Assembly: GCA_965222155.1 (NCBI GenBank)
Contig: CBDCTH010000012.1
Location: 3,445,456 to 3,509,455, forward strand
DNA length: 64,000 bases
Reading direction: 5' to 3'
Source of the DNA: Gammaproteobacteria bacterium
GTDB taxonomy: Bacteria > Pseudomonadota > Gammaproteobacteria > Eutrophobiales > Eutrophobiaceae
The translations under genes and the position numbers were made by a program. A model generated the notes under the pieces. That model saw nothing but the letters and a program-made list of their open reading frames with translations, did not search any database and was not told the origin of the DNA. The number at the start of each line of letters is the position of its first letter. Position 1 is the stretch's first letter. Below, piece after piece: positions 62,696 to 64,000 of this stretch.

Positions 62696-62941
62696 CATCC
62701 AGGGTCAGACCAGTATAAAAACTATAACTGTTTGATTTTAATTGATAATCCGTCTGTACATGACCTTTTCCAATCGTTAGAACACGCGTTTTATTACGAA
62801 AAAAAGACATTGTAAGAAATGTCACTTGCTTAACATGATATTTTCCGCCGTGAAAACCCTGTTCTAATCCTTAAAACAGCGCGCTATTGAGAATTTTATC
62901 CTCTATAATCATTGAGTTATATTGGTCCGACCCCCTCGTAT
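62696..62941 (+). repeat. Junction element copy R9 (full)
   Basis: Sequence identity. Confidence 0.95.
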
Positions 62942-62951
62942 CGCGTAGTGA

Positions 62952-64000
62952 TTAAATTTTTCGATATTGCGTGGACCGACCCTGCCCGATTCTTTCAATC
63001 TTTTTGAGACGCAAAAGCTTATCCAGTGCCTGTCTCACTGTTGGTTGCACAACGTTTGTATTCTCAGCAATTTCACCAGGTCGTGCACTGTCAACTTTCC
63101 GAAGATACTCCCAGACTGCCATTTGCTTTGCGGTGAGCAACTTCTCAAGTTTTTCTTTTGCGAGTAATTCAACTGCCATCTGGGCCTGCTTGAGGAGCAT
63201 GGTGAGGAAGAAATCAAGCCACGCTACGATATTATCTTTTTTCGCATCAAGCATTTTCTGAGTTTGACGAAGAGCGATATAGTATTCCGGCTTATTATCT
63301 TCAATCAGTTTCTCATGGGAGATGTAGGGCATGTACACATAACCCTCTTTGAGCAGAAGGAGATTTGTCAGGATGCGGCTAAGTCTGCCATTGCCATCCT
63401 GGAATGGATGAATAGCCAGGAACTGAACAAGAAAGTGCCCGATGATGAGCAGAGGATGATACCTTTTTTCTGCAAGCGATTGCTTGCTCCACTCAACCAA
63501 CTCCTGCATCTCTTTGGGGGTGAGATAGGGCTCAGTGGTATTAAAGAGGATAGCAAGCGATTGGCCAGCCTCATCAACCATATGCACCTTGTTCTCCCGC
63601 TTTTTGTAATTACCGCGATGTGGTTTGTCTTTTTCAACATATTTGAGAAGTTCCTGGTGGAAGTGCTTAATGGTATTCTCGTTAAAAGACAGTGTCCTCC
63701 ATGAATTAAAAACGTTCTCAAGGAGTTCGTAGTATCCCTTCACTTCCTGTTTGTCCCGATTGGTGAATTTCTGAATATCAATACCACGCATCAGATTCTC
63801 AACATCCTTGTCTGAAAGGCGTGCACCCTCTATACGAGTCGATGCGCCGGTGGAGGTAATCAGAACAGAACGCTTAAGACGTCCTAACACCTGGACGCCA
63901 AGCTGTGCTCCGGCGACCCATCGTCCCTTCAACTCATCAATTTGAGCGAGTTTTAAGACGATTTCAGCCGGGATATACTTCAGCCGATGATCAAATTTTG
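62952..64000 (-). CDS. Fic-domain protein with C-terminal HTH (start beyond window end)
   Basis: STRIEG, IHPFQDGNGRLSR; frame open to the window edge. Confidence 0.9.
   Translation of the reverse strand, partial: KFDHRLKYIPAEIVLKLAQIDELKGRWVAGAQLGVQVLGRLKRSVLITSTGASTRIEGARLSDKDVENLMRGIDIQKFTNRDKQEVKGYYELLENVFNSWRTLSFNENTIKHFHQELLKYVEKDKPHRGNYKKRENKVHMVDEAGQSLAILFNTTEPYLTPKEMQELVEWSKQSLAEKRYHPLLIIGHFLVQFLAIHPFQDGNGRLSRILTNLLLLKEGYVYMPYISHEKLIEDNKPEYYIALRQTQKMLDAKKDNIVAWLDFFLTMLLKQAQMAVELLAKEKLEKLLTAKQMAVWEYLRKVDSARPGEIAENTNVVQPTVRQALDKLLRLKKIERIGQGRSTQYRKI

Noticed and set aside
14523-62941. CRISPR array reading of the repeats
   Set aside because: Repeats are ~245 bp, intervals run from 9 bp to ~19 kb, and no cas genes are visible.
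668-63721. Many antisense and overlapping ORFs in the six-frame track
   Set aside because: Shadows of GC-rich genes and transposases with no recognisable motifs.

Overview
A 64-kb bacterial accessory region with no core housekeeping, rRNA, tRNA or CRISPR content that I can see. The scaffold is three paralogous, partly decayed copies of a surface-polysaccharide cluster (Wzx-like flippase, undecaprenyl-phosphate sugar transferase, GT2/GT4 glycosyltransferases, divergent sulfotransferase pairs, one phosphoethanolamine-transferase-like gene). It is interrupted by mostly AT-richer defence and toxin-antitoxin cargo (RloA/RloB', an OLD-like ATPase-TOPRIM protein, a PD-(D/E)XK-like protein, two AbiE-type pairs, MNT-HEPN, HigBA, VapBC, Fic, Uma2, a large SF1 helicase, two orphan ParA+partner pairs and a methyltransferase-helicase-AlkB operon) and by many IS elements or remnants (IS5 x3 plus a fragment, IS21, IS1380, IS256, IS630, IS1634, one IS481/ISNCY-like). 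The most striking unexplained structure is a ~245-bp non-coding element present 9 times, always in the same orientation. It has imperfect inverted ends, IHF-like sites, no target-site duplications and short tandem stutters of its own termini, and it often sits where genes are cut. Two internally deleted REP-associated tyrosine transposase (RAYT) remnants with related GGGGACAC ends show the same stutter. I infer a REP/RAYT-linked DNA cut-and-join system that may assemble the defence cargo. All calls come from reading motifs by eye; no database searches or alignments were run.
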